This document shows, in pieces, positions 1 through 12,771 of a stretch of DNA of 64,000 nt (its first letter is position 1; every line of letters starts with the position of its first letter). The translations under genes and the position numbers were made by a program. The notes under the pieces are model-generated. The model was not told the DNA's origin and did no database searches. It was given only the letters and a program-made list of their open reading frames with translations. The DNA comes from Kudoa neothunni (taxonomy: Eukaryota; Animalia; Cnidaria), in contig OZ199840.1 of the NCBI GenBank assembly GCA_964304625.1, forward strand, positions 7,102,336 through 7,166,335. The letters run 5' to 3'.

Positions 1-1174
1 TCTTCTGTGATTTTAATCTTATTTCGGTAAAAATTTGTAAAATTACAATATTCAACATAATTGTCGGTTGCACATAATAAATATCACTATTCTAAATTTA
101 TCAAATATATAACTAAAAATTATAATCCAAAATATAGTATGAGTTCTCCATTTTTATGGAATAACTCACAGGGACGTAGCAGCCTTTCAGATACTTCAAT
201 GGAAGCCTCCCTCATGATGCAAGAAGCATAAATTCTCAATAGGAAGTAAAACTTTCATTAACCTTTATTTTGTATGCTGAGGTTTTTTCAATGTTTGAAC
301 AAAATATTTGATGACACATGATGTTTTTAAGGTAGAATAAGCCGTGTGTAACTGTTCGGATTTGGATTATGCTAAAATACAAAAGTTCCATGCATGATGC
401 CATATGGCATCGTTACTCGGCCGATCGAAATTTCCTAACACGGGGGTCACCAAAGTTTTTGACTAGCGGGCCATATTAAAATAATGAGGTTTTTCAAAAA
501 ATCATAAAAATATAAAAAATTATGAATCAATATTTGAATGTTAAACATGAAACTGATTTCTGTCCAATAAATGTTTATCTGACAACTGATTTCCATGGTT
601 GGATTTTATATATTACATTTTTAAGGCCTCAATGCGATTACGAACGATCTGACTTCTACTGTGTAGTTAAAAAATCGCTATATTGGTTATATTTTTGGCT
701 GTAATTAAGAATTATGATTTTGTCAAACACAATTCTGTAAAATGATGTATATGATGCTAACAAGCATCTAAGGAACGGTGATTATTATTTCATCATTTAA
801 AATTTCTATCGCCAAATCAATTAAATTCGACCTGACTCAAAATTAGAGTTAACCACTTCAATAAATTTAACTTTAAATAATCAAAAATTTTAAATAAATA
901 GAAGCACGAGAATCAAGTAAACCTTGAAACGTATCGTATTGATTCGTATGCTTAACATTTAGAATTTCGCTATATTAATGCGTCCATTTTCTCTTTTATT
1001 TTAGTTAGAATAAAATAAAAACATCACAAGTAATTAAATAAAGTGTTTTAATTAACACTCATCTACTAAAGCGGGGGCCGGCAACCTTTTCGAGTGACGG
1101 GCCGAACAGACATACCCTAACTTTAATGCGGGCCGTATTAAAATTAATCGATTAAAATGTTAAATTATTCTTAA

Positions 1175-4100
1175 CCCTCCCTGGACGTAACGGGATCCGT
1201 TTGAATCCCATGACACACGTTTTTGCATTTTACTTTTTATCGGCTTTAATTAATTAGTTCAGATTTCTGGTAATCCTAGTTCAAGAGACACCTTTAATTA
1301 TGTTTATAAATCAAAAGGAAATTTTCTCATAAATGACTTGAAATGTTTAAAGTTTTAAACGAAAATATAAAAAATTAATTGTAACTATTAATTGGTAATG
1401 GTAAAGAAGACGGCTACTTGATTTTAACCTCTTAACTTCATTTATTTTCACCGATTCTTGCACGATAATTTTTTTCACACTTCAAATGTTGGGCAGGGTT
1501 ATTCAATTCTCAAAAAATTTAATTATAAATTTTAAGAAATCTTCGATTAATCCTCCACTTGTGTTATTTAAGCCGGTATTTTATTAGGATTTAAATTGTT
1601 ACTTCCTATTTGTATCACGTATACTTCATAGTTATACACTTTTCATTGTCCATAATGAATCAAATAGTTTTCCTCGTGATCAGGTGGAATAATTCGCGTC
1701 AATACTAGAAAATATCAAAGGTAATAACGTAGGATGTGGCACCTCAAAAACACACTTTATTTTGTATACATTAACTTCTACATTTATTATACGTTTTAAT
1801 AGCATTTTTTGGAATGAATTGTTTGATTTAAATAACAAAATATAAAATATTTAAGCGAGTAGTTTATCAAAATCTCGCGCGTTAGAGAAAATGAGTTCTG
1901 ATAGTTTTATTAACGACGGCGCTTTTCTTATTTATCAATATTCTCATTTAATTTTTCAATATACTTTTAGAGAAATAACATCTGCTTCCTCTTCATTTTG
2001 GCTGTAACAAATGTTACAAATTCAATTGTTTTTCCCTCACCAAAAAGAATTTGAACGTCCAAGGGCCAATACCTAAAATTAAATCTCATGAAAGTAATGA
2101 TGTGGATTATTCACTCAGTTATTATTTTAAAAAGTAATTATTTTATACCTAAATACTAGTCTCGAAATTCGAAGGTGTAAAACTAGGGTATCTCCGCGAA
2201 GTGAAACTTTCTTTTAAGGTTAGAATTTGTTTCATCCCACCCCAAACATAACGATGAATAAAATATATAAAATTATTTACAATTGGAGCATGGATGAAAC
2301 TATTTTATCTGCATCCGAAAATATTAATTTGATCACAAAAACAGCGAGGATATGGTTTAATAAAATAAGAAATATTCGCGCTTCTAATTTTCTTCTGCAA
2401 AAATCATCTGGTGGCAAAGGGTATGTTATTTAGATTGATGAGACGCTTCTTCGCAGGAAGCGAAAAAATAATCGGGGCCGATATTTAAAGGGAGATTTTC
2501 GGAAGACAGCTCAAAGTAAAGAATTTAATATAGAATTAATGTTAAATTTTATAATATAATGTTAAATCAATCGGTAAAATTGTAAAACGCCTTAAACATA
2601 AAAAAACATCATTATTTACAAATTTTCCCAAAAAATTAAGTACATTATATATTAAAGGCTTAACATATAATCGTTAGTTTTATAAATATGAAAAAATATT
2701 GAACATCAAATTGAAAGACAATATATATCTAAAAAAAGAAGTGAAGAGTATTTCTTTAAAAATTAATTGTTAAAAGATTTTTTGAACAAATATCGAATAC
2801 AATGAAGATTGGAGGTTCGTTATATTGTCGCTATAAAAATTTCACGACAAAATTTGTATGATAAAATGATTATAACTTTTTTTATAATTCAAATAAATTA
2901 ATCGAAAATATATATAAACTACAAAAAGCGATAATTTATAATAAGATGTGTAAGATTTAATTAAACGTCTGAGTCGTATAATTATTGGACGACCCATCCC
3001 AAAAATGTTATTTAGGCGTGTAATAAATGTAGAAGTTAATGTGTGAATATTAAAGTATGTTTTCATTGGTTATTAGAAACTTAACGAAGATTTCACGCGT
3101 GCCGACGGTGTTGTATTTGGGATTTGCACCAAAATTAGATGTTACCATAATTAGCTGAATTCTTCCTCTCGGTATTCATTTATTTTATTATAAATAACCA
3201 TTAAAGAATCGACAAAAAAACAACGCTTAGAAGGGTGTTTTTGAGGTGCCACATCCTACGTTATTACCTTTGATATTTTCTACTATTGACGCGAATTATT
3301 CCACCTGATCACGGGGGAAAACTATTTGATTCATTATGGACAATGAAAAGTGTATAACTATGAAGTATACGTGATACAAATAGGAAGTAACAATTTAAAT
3401 CCTAATAAAATACCGGCTTAAATAACACAAGTGGAGGATTAATCGAAGATTTCTTAAAATTTATAATTAAATTTTTTGAGAATTGAATAACCCTGCCCAA
3501 CATTTGAAGTGTGAAAAAAATTATCGTGCAAGAATCGGTGAAAATAAATGAAGTTAAGAGGTTAAAATCAAGTAGCCGTCTTCTTTACCATTACCGCTCA
3601 ATCCTTGTAGTGTAAGTCGTTATTAATTTTCTTGAATGTAATATTCTAATAAAAAATTTTTCCACGTTATAGCTGCTATATGGATTTCCTATCCCTATAT
3701 TTATTTTTGTTTATCGTTATATTTACGATTTTATAGAATATAAAAAAAATTATAAATAAAATTCTTCAAAAATTAGTCGTAATGTTTAAACACATCATCT
3801 ACCTTTAGGCGAATAATTTTTTAATATGTCAAAGAAAACCAAAATAAAAAGCAGCAAATAATTAATAAGTGAATTCTGCTATCTAGTGCTGTTGGCGCAT
3901 CGTAAGCAAAATTTATCTTTTTTTCTTCTTCTTTCCTCCCTTACACAAAATCGTATAAGTAGGGTGAGCGTTTGATTTTTGTATATTCCTTCAGGGACAT
4001 AACTTATCCAAAAATCTCCACAGAATTTATCAAGTATCCGAAACCTTTCTGGATATTCAATATTCGTTTAAAAAATGGCATGCATATCAGTATACCCAGG

Positions 4101-4830
4101 TACGCACGAACATCATTCCAATCGAAATCATCATAATAAGAAGAATCATAACGATAACGACCAAATTTATTGGCCATGCGGATAATTGTGGATAACAGTT
4201 GATAAGTGAATAACATACTAAAACAATCTTGAACGGTTTTTATTTTTGACGGGTGTACGCAGTTACACAAGGATTTGAATTCAGAATGTTTTATTTCCGT
4301 ATCTGTTTTTCTAGGAGGGATCTCGCTACATATGTTATTTTTGTGAGTAAGAAAGTTTGTTAATGCAGTGCCAAAATCGTTAGAATCAGATGAATATTAT
4401 TGCTTTTAGATTAATTCTTCAATTTTACTTACGATGGAAGAGATTTCAGTGTAACCATCATAATTAGACATTATAATTCACAATTCAAAGTTGTCATGAG
4501 TTTTCAACGTTTGTGTAGGCAAATTATCGAAATTATGCCGTTATTTTTCCTTAAAATTAATTAAACTCCAACCAAACTCCCCAAAAATAAATTATTACAC
4601 AATTTGAACGGAAAAAACTATGGGGTCTTTTTCGACCCGAAAGGCGCCAGGTGTAAGTATTTGAGAAATAACCTATTCCTTTCTGGTTACAGAAAAATTA
4701 ATATTACCTTCCAAACAATCGATTATTATAAAAGAATAGGTAGGATATCTAGAAAACTAAAGTAAGTTATGAGGGAGAAAATAACTGATTAAACCATGAC
4801 TGGGGTCGAAAACGACCTCAAAATGTTCGG
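1175..4830 (-). mobile_element. Decayed piggyBac element; the right end is not intact
   Basis: Begins TTAA|CCCT at 1171-1178. The minus-strand ORF 4004-4270 (FSMLFTYQLLSTIIRMANK...VRAYLGILICM) resembles the PGBD4-type N-terminal region. Subterminal TGGGGTC-N6-GACC motifs at 4621 and 4801. Interrupted by a Merlin-like element. Confidence 0.6.
1394..3595 (+). mobile_element. Merlin-like (IS1595/ISXO2) element with about 360-bp terminal inverted repeats, defective
   Basis: 1394-1753 is a near-perfect inverted copy of 3235-3595 (ends GGTAATGGTAAAG / CTTTACCATTACC). The internal fragment about 2227-2500 reads GGKGYVI*IDETLLRRKRKNNRGRYL, a Merlin DDE first-D motif. No TSD seen. Confidence 0.75.
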
Positions 4831-4831
4831 A

Positions 4832-7800
4832 TGGTGTCGTGACTCAAGTCACGAATAAATAAACATTTACAATAAACAAAACTTATTTACTTCTTAAACA
4901 ATTGGCATTTACCCATCGGGGTCGATAGAAATTTGAACTGTTGGTTTTTTAATGCACAAAAAAGGCTAATTAATCGCTACATGATGTCGAAGTCCGATCC
5001 TCAAGATGAGGACACATCAATCCCAGCTAGACAGAAAGCTAGAAAACCTAGAAAAACTAATCAAAAGAGTGGACAGCTACTAACAAACAACACGCCAAAC
5101 ACCACCCAAAACTAAAGAGACGTGATATGCATCTCCAGGAAGATTGAAAGCAACATTATTTCAATAGAGAACACAATGGAGAAACTATATCTCTCAAATC
5201 AACATGTTGGCCGGAAAACCCAAGCAAACGTGGAGGATTTAATCGAAAGCTCCAGAAATTTAAAAATTGAGCTGGAATTCCTTTGCATGAATTACAAAGT
5301 AAACAAACAAACAAACAAATCCTCTCTTCATGTCATACCACAATTCCATCAATATTGAACCCGTCATGAACCTACCAGCACATTTTTCCAATGCACTTCT
5401 TCCAAAACTACAACTACCCAAATTTCATGGAAATATTCTGACATGGCCCGAATTTTGGGAGGCTTTCGAATCCAACATTCATGTAAACATCCAGATTAAC
5501 GTCTCATAATTCTGGGACCTCAAAAGCCTATTAGAAGGGGAAGTAGAAGGATATATCGATGGTCTTTCGGTAACTGACAACAACTACGTCGAAGGAATTC
5601 ATATATTGGAAACCAGGTATGAAAATCGAGATGTAGTAATAAACAGCCACTGCCCCCAAATAGACAAGATTAACCCTCCCTGTACTGAGTGCGTGGCCAT
5701 AACGTGGAAGCCAATGGGGTTCTTTTTGACCCCAGATATAACCCATCTTAATAGCTTCAAATTTTTATCTAATTTAATCAGCACATCTTCTAACATAATG
5801 TCACGCCATATATAGATAAATTGGATTCTGATTTTTAGTTTTCGATGCTAATCGTGAGCACGTCCAAGTAGGTCAGCTACCTCCAATTTAATTAGATTTT
5901 TAACGCCAAAATCCATGATAGGTTAACGTGAGTCACAACAACAAAAATACTCTCCCAATTAATCAATTAAAAATTAAAATAAGCCGAAAAGAAGCGGGAA
6001 CACGACCTCGCCCGGACGGCCGATGCGACAAGCATCTTCGTTATCTTTCGGAAAATTCAGAATGGATTAAATATGTTTGGATCGTCTCATTGCTTTTCAA
6101 AACACTGTATTGAGACGGTATTGAAAATTCATTTTTCATTATCATATCGAATTCTAAAAATATTTGAGGTAATATGAAAAATACAGATATTTTACTAAGA
6201 CGTTGGAAGGGGTTATTATTGTTATAAACGGTATGCGGTTGAATATATTTTCGATTATTATTCATCGTTTAATTTGTTTCTGACTTTTCCATTAAAATAT
6301 ATAATCAAATATAGCCGATTATACTAAGTTAACTGCAAGACTCACTAATTGGTAGGAATCGCGTGTAATAAAATTGCTCAATTAAATTAACCCTCCACTT
6401 TTATAATGTACTGAAAAATCTCCACCCGACAGATTTTACATTAATGATAATAAATTTATATGAGAAAACTATTCGGGCCACTTGTTACATGAGATAACTT
6501 ACTTTTACTTGGCATGATGTGGGCAAATAAATTTACCGCAATTAGAACGAGATAACGCGAGCTTCTAATCCATGGTCCCTGAGAAATGAAAACATCAGTT
6601 ACGATATTTTTTTCTTGTAGAATCAAAATCATCTTTATAGGAAATTTTCAGATTCTGATATTTTAAAATCAGAATCATCATCGGAATTTGAGTTAAGATT
6701 ATTTTGTATAAGCTATTCGATATCATATCGTTGTATATATTATTCGAGATCATATTGTTTAGCAATAAGTAAATTTTATTTTTAAAAGGCAAATTAATAT
6801 AAAAACATTAAGAAAATTACGTTTCACTAACACAGAAGGAATGTTAATCTCATTACAGCTTTGCCAGAAATGAAATCGCATTTTGTTGAGTTATAAATAA
6901 AACCATTAAAATCTAATTCCATAAATTAAAAAAAATAATAATTGATACATTTATACTTTTTATGTTGAAAAATAAAGCAAAAAATAATCTTTCCTCATAA
7001 AACATGTGGCATTACGATTTTTTTAAATGCTTAAAACGATTAAAAATTTGTTCAATTCAAAATACATAGTTTCATCTAGGAATGCCCAGATGCATTAATT
7101 AGTGAAATAAGAATTCTTGGAGTTAAAAGCAAAATAGCCCACGTGGGGTCACAAATGACCCCATTTCGGACCGGGGGGTTAAACTGGCTACAAACAATAC
7201 GGTACCACTAAAATTAACACTTAATATGTTGGACAAACATATTCGGTCACTGGAATCTCTTGGAGAAAAGTACATTCGCAACATCCATTGATAACCTTGA
7301 AAACCAACGCAACCCTTGACATTGGAAGTGAGAGGTCTTTCATAACCGAAGATCTGTCTAACAAACTAAAGTTAACCAACCATGAAAGAGACAATCTTCA
7401 AATAAATACTTTTGGTTCACCGTCTCACAAACGGATTCAAAGCAAAATCGTGGAGGTGCTACTCGACGCAGAGGAAGGAAAAATGAAATTGTTAGCCAAC
7501 TCAACAAAGCACATCACCAATCCCATAGTGCATCAACCCATTCCTGATAATATTAAAATGAAGATAAAACAAATGAATATTGATAACCCGAATGAAACGA
7601 GTATCAAACACATTGATATATTAATTGGTCTGGACTATTTCTATGAAATATTTAAATCTGTCAAACAAAAGATTCGATTAGGACTTTACATCGTTTATAC
7701 TACGATTGGGCAGCTAATTGTTGGTAGAATTGAAGCTAACGACTCAAAAATGGTTCAACCAGCAACAATAACTCTATGTACAATCGACCACAAAAACGCA

Positions 7801-8610
7801 ACTGAGGATCCAATTGAAAAACTATGGGCGATCGAATTTCTGGGTAAAGAGACACATAGTAACGAGAACGTGGATCTCACTCAAAATTTCAACAGAAGTG
7901 TAGCAAAAATTGACAATCGATATGTAGTATCTTTACCTTGGACCTTCCATGGTAAAAATCTGCCCACAAGTTACCATTTGGCTAGAGGAAGACTGAAAAG
8001 TTCGATAAAACGGATAAGTTGCGACGGATCACTAATAAAAGAATATAATAAAATATTCGAAACTCAAATGGAACAAGATGTAACTGAGAAAATCGTTGAC
8101 GAACCACCCACAAAAAATAAGTGTCACTACATTCCACACCATTTTGTCACATCAAATAGTTCGACAACAAAACTCCGTATCGTTTTTGATGCATCAGCCA
8201 AAACGAACAAAGAAAAACCAAGCTTTAATGAATGTCTGCACGAAGGTCCTATCATGATAGAGGATCCCTGTTGAATTTTGATGCGGTTCCGACTCAAAAA
8301 AATGGCGGTAACGGCCGACATCGAAAAGGCGTATCACCAAATCATCATTTCTCCAAAGGGTCGAGATTACACTCGATTTTTATGGCTGAATGATATAAAT
8401 TCTCCAACCCTAGCAAATAATGTAGCAACATATCGATTCAAGAGAATTCCATTCGGTATTATCTCCTCATCGTTTCTTCCCCGATCCACAATATCATACC
8501 ATCTCGACTATACTCCAACAAAATATCCGATGAAATCAACAAATCATTATACGTAGACAATTTACTACATTGTTTCCACGATCTGAGTACAGCTTTCAAC
8601 GCTTACAACT
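4832..8610 (+). mobile_element. BEL/Pao LTR retrotransposon fragment (gag, protease, RT), pseudogenised
   Basis: Gag motifs LQLPKFHGNILTWPEFWEAF (about 5410-5470) and HIRSLESLGE (about 7240). Protease LDIGSERSFIT (7288 ORF). RT motifs YIPHH...KLRIVFDASAK, ADIEKAYHQI, RIPFG and YVDN. PBS-like sequences at 4832 (TGGTGTCGTGACTC, tRNA-His-like) and 4903. Confidence 0.9.
5674..7178. mobile_element. Non-autonomous piggyBac inserted into the BEL/Pao gag
   Basis: TTAA at 5670-5673 and 7179-7182, CCC.../...GGG ends, and subterminal palindromes at 5715 and 7144. Removing it restores the gag frame (IDKI|KLATNNTVPLK...HIRSLESLGE). Confidence 0.85.
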
Positions 8611-8698
8611 AGGATTTCCTCGATACCAATAAAATTTCGTTTTTTAAACCATTTATAATGAAGAATAATGTGTCAAATAACATTAAAATGTATCAAGA

Positions 8699-10807
8699 TA
8701 GTGGTGACGGATAATCGGCAGTATGACTAATTCGCACTTTTTATCTCTAGCGTAAATTACGCGTAGTTTGAATTTATTTTTCTCATCTATTAATACTAAT
8801 GTAATAATTAAAACTTGAGATACATTTAGAAAGATTTATTTTGTTAAGGTATTTTATAAAAACGCAATTATGGTCCATTGTTAGGTAATCGGCGCATCTT
8901 TCTGTGCTGTCGCCCAGAACATGTGCACCGATTTCAGCCTGCTTAGTAACATGACTGGAAAGAAATCTCATATATAGCGTACATTGAATGAAAAATATGA
9001 CATATTGAAGTATTTTGGGAATCAACCACCTCGGGGGGCAAAAAGCCAGACTGTTAAACATTTCAATCTTAAATCTATATCTACATTAAATAGTATATTA
9101 TCAAAGAAAGCTGAGATTAAACAAACTGTTGAAGGTGGACTGGCAATAAAAAGTTGTGTAACATTAAAGCAAGGTGCAAAAAAAGAAATAGATCAGCAGG
9201 TATATGAGTGGATTCCTTGGATGACAACAAGAAATTAATAAAAACGCTGAAGATGTTAGCTACGGTTGGATTCGTGGTTTCAAAGAGCGGTTCAATTTAC
9301 GCAGATTAATCATTCACGGAGAAGGGAACATTGTTGAAACAAAAACTATTGAAGAAGGAACTTGTGGTTGAAGGAAATCTTGAAGAATTATAAAGCTGAA
9401 TAAGTTTATAATCTAGATGAGACAGCTTAGTTTTATCAGCAGCACCCAAGCATGATTAATAAAATTAAAGTCAATCAGGATATATTATTTTGTTAAATTT
9501 TTAATTTGGGAAGAAGTTATGTTCTTTCTAACGAGACAATTGCTAAATGCTTTAAACGATCAAAAAAGTCACACTTTTACTGGGTTTCTCAATGTTAGGT
9601 GAAAAACTTGAACCCGTTCGTTGTATTTGGTCATTATGCCCGTCCAAGATGTTTTGAAAACCTAACACAAACACCAGTCACATGTTATTCAAACAACAAA
9701 GCCTGGATGACGTCTGATATATTTATCAATTATTTAATCAATTAAATAACAATCTTACGAAACAAACGAAACAAGAAAATATTAGTATTTCTTGATAATG
9801 CTAGTTGTCACCCACCGCTAGAGTTACCCAATATTGAATTGGATTAATTTTTCCTCAGAAACGTTACTTTAGTATTACAACCCATGGATCAAAGTGTTAT
9901 TAATCTATTCTAGCCTATTTACAAAAGACATCGGATACAAAGATCAACTTTTTTAATTGAAACCCGTGAGTATTCTAAATGCATTAGTGTTAATTAAAGA
10001 ATCCAGGGAAGATATAACGAGACAAACTATATCTAATTGTTTTAAAAAGGCAGGATTTATTTTCGAAACTTATGGTAAATTGACCAACATAAGGTTTTTA
10101 TTAAACAAATATTATTTAGAAACGAAAGAAAGTGAAGAAGAATCTTTGGTCACATCGGATGAAGATAATTGTTCTGATTTCCTCGAATCTATAAATGAAG
10201 AAAATTTCATTAGAATCTGCAAATTTGATGGAAGTTATGACAATAAAAGCGTTGATACTCCATATATGATTGAAGTCTCATCTGAATCGGATTGCGAGGA
10301 AAAACATGAAGAATCTTAGAATTCAAAAGAAGCTTTCAAATGCCTTGAATACCTTTAAGGTTATTTTACAAAGAATGATTCTAATGTATGTAAATACTTA
10401 CATATACATATACATGAGGAAAGAATTTTTGCAATCTCAGCAAAAAATTAAAAACAAACTAAAATTACAAGTTTTTTTCAAAAGAAGACAAAATAATAGC
10501 TTGATATGACGATAATTTATGGCAGCGATTCCCAACCAAACTGGACTCGCACCCCCATTTTTGGACAAATCGAAATTCGCACTCCTTTGCATACGATAAG
10601 GTGTAACTGACTTAAATTTATCAAAAATTATTTTCAATTTTGATCGGATCTCGCACCACCTAGACCAAAGTTCGCACCCTCTGACGGGAATCCCAGATTT
10701 GTTTTAATGCGCGTGCGCCCAAACGTGCCGATTATCCATCATTGCTGTGGACAATCGGCATTTTTCCTCCAGTCCCATGGGGATTACGTATTACCCGTCA
10801 CCCACTG
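8699..10807 (+). mobile_element. pogo/Tigger DNA transposon, degenerate
   Basis: Imperfect TIRs (TAGTGG-TGACGGATAA / TTACCCGTCACCCACTG, followed by TA). CENP-B-like HTH fragment (8984 ORF). Remnants of YNLDET, NNKAWMT, FLDNASCH and LQPMDQ. Many stops. Confidence 0.85.
10523..10696. mobile_element. About 175-bp hAT (Charlie-type) MITE, copy 1
   Basis: Ends CAGCGATTCCCAACC...GGGAATCCCAG. Clearly homologous to the copy at 56207-56382. Confidence 0.75.
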
Positions 10808-11081
10808 TATAATACATCTTGATAATTCGTTAGTTTGGATCGCATAAAGGACGTTCAACATAGTACCCAAACAATTTTACTAACTTTATATAATACACGG
10901 GAAAATTTTTGGTAAAGTGTTTCCATTAATTTATATTTTGATGTCGAATAAAACCCAAATTGAATATGAGAAAGTACTTTGTATTCTAACCGAAAACATG
11001 AATGTCAAGTTCTCTGATAACATTATTTGGTTATTAGCTTCCAAAAGGTCCACCACGGATTCATCAACGTAAGGGAGGATA

Positions 11082-12670
11082 CAGTATTTCAAGATCTAAA
11101 TGCAACTAGGTAAAACCAAAATGCAACTGGGTAAAATCAAAACGCAACCGGCGCGCGTTGAATGCCAATATGTAAAATCAGAATGCAACCCATAAGCGTG
11201 GACGTATAATTTTCATACAGGAACTAAAAAACTTATATTTTAATTGATAATTATATAATTTAAGCGCCGATCACACGTTACATCTCATAAAATAAACTAT
11301 TAGAATTTAATTAAGTTGATTTACTACGCTCGCCTTACAAACTAGTTATAAGCTATCGTTAATGCGTCGATGCCATCATTTAAATAATGATTCTTATTTA
11401 TAACTAAAGATGAATTCTGAAGATTAATCTCAATTAAATAGGAAATTGCATGACATTTAACTTTAATTTGTGTAAATTCAGCGCACGCTAAGTTAAAATG
11501 TCAGCACTCGGCAATAACCAACAAAACAACAACCTTCCTAAAAGAAAATACATTACCCTCAGTGATGAAATTAGGAATCTTGTTGTTACGTTATCGGAAG
11601 CAATTATTTTGTTGCCTTTCTTAGTTTACATTTATTAGGAAAATTATACAAACAGTTTTATTGCCGAAAAAACGGGCGTTCATAAATCCACCATTTGAAG
11701 AATATTACGCAAAAGCTTAGAAAATGGGGCTGAAATAGCAGCAAAAAAGGGTGGCGACAGAAGATCGAAATTGGATGAATCTCACAAACAATATATTCGT
11801 GAATTAGTGGATGACGATTGCACCGTTACCTTGGAAACAATCGCTAAAAAACTTCTGGACGAAGTTAATATCGAAGTAACCAGACAAACTGTAAGTAAAT
11901 GCTTATGTGATTTTCATCATACCTTGGGACGGATTTCGATCGTCCCGTTAGCTAGAAATTCGCCAAATAACATAATAAAGAGAAAAAAGTTATTATTTTA
12001 GTTATGATGTTTACTTACATCAAATAGTTATGTGCTTGAGTATTTACAAAATAAGCCCATGTATTCGTCAGTGATTTTCATTGATGAAGCGGGATTTTCA
12101 TTATCCATGCGGCGATCATTTGGGCAGTCACTCTCTGGAACAAGAGCGAATCTCAAAAAATATAACCTTAATAGCTGCCATAAGTGCTGAAAAGGTTTGG
12201 ACTTTCCATTTGGAAAGTGGATCCGTTAACCAAAATATATTTTATAATTTCATCAGCAAGTTATCTGATGATCTAGCTAACGAGGGGGTCGAACGTGCTC
12301 TCCTCATAATGGATAATGTTCGGTTCCATAAAACGAATACCATAACTGAGCTTGTAGAGTCAAGCAATCACAAACTGTTGTTTTTGCCGCCCTATTCCCC
12401 CTTCCTCAATCCTATTGAAGAGTTTTTTCACCAAGTGAAAACCATCGTGAGAAACAGATATCCTCAAAATCATGAACAATTGATGTCTGCTATTATGGAG
12501 AGCCCAGCGGAAGTTTCTGTTAATCATTTGAATAATTATTCAAATCATGCTGAATCATATTTCCCAGAGTGTATAAATATGGAGATTATCAATAATTAGT
12601 TTAAATATCCAACGAAAGAAAAATGTTGCATTTTGATTTTACCCAGTTGCATTTAGATCTTGAAATACTG
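11082..12670 (+). mobile_element. IS630/Tc1-family (DD34E) transposon with a two-intron transposase pseudogene
   Basis: TA-flanked TIRs CAGTATTTCAAGATCTAAATGCAACT. ATG at 11498, introns 11600-11638 (GC-AG) and 11989-12027, stop at 12599. Motifs FIDEAGF, MDNVRFH and LPPYSPFLNPIEE, with 34 residues between D and E. One premature TGA and one frameshift. Confidence 0.92.
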
Positions 12671-12771
12671 TATGATATGCCTTGCACACTCGATTTCGTT
12701 ACAGTTTGAGGTCGATGGTAGGAGCGTGAAAGATCGTTGGAATTTGGAAAATTTGTCGCCATAGCCATTAA

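Larger units (their letters stand above)
8611..11030 (+). pseudogene. Mutator (MULE) transposase fragment split by a Tigger insertion
   Basis: About 10810-11010 reads (with lesions) TFNIVPKQFY*LYIIHGK.FGKVFPLIYILMSNKTQIEYEKVL, matching the MULE 'DGTF..VP..FYQLY.IHG...PL.Y.L' region. The left boundary is approximate. Confidence 0.6.
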
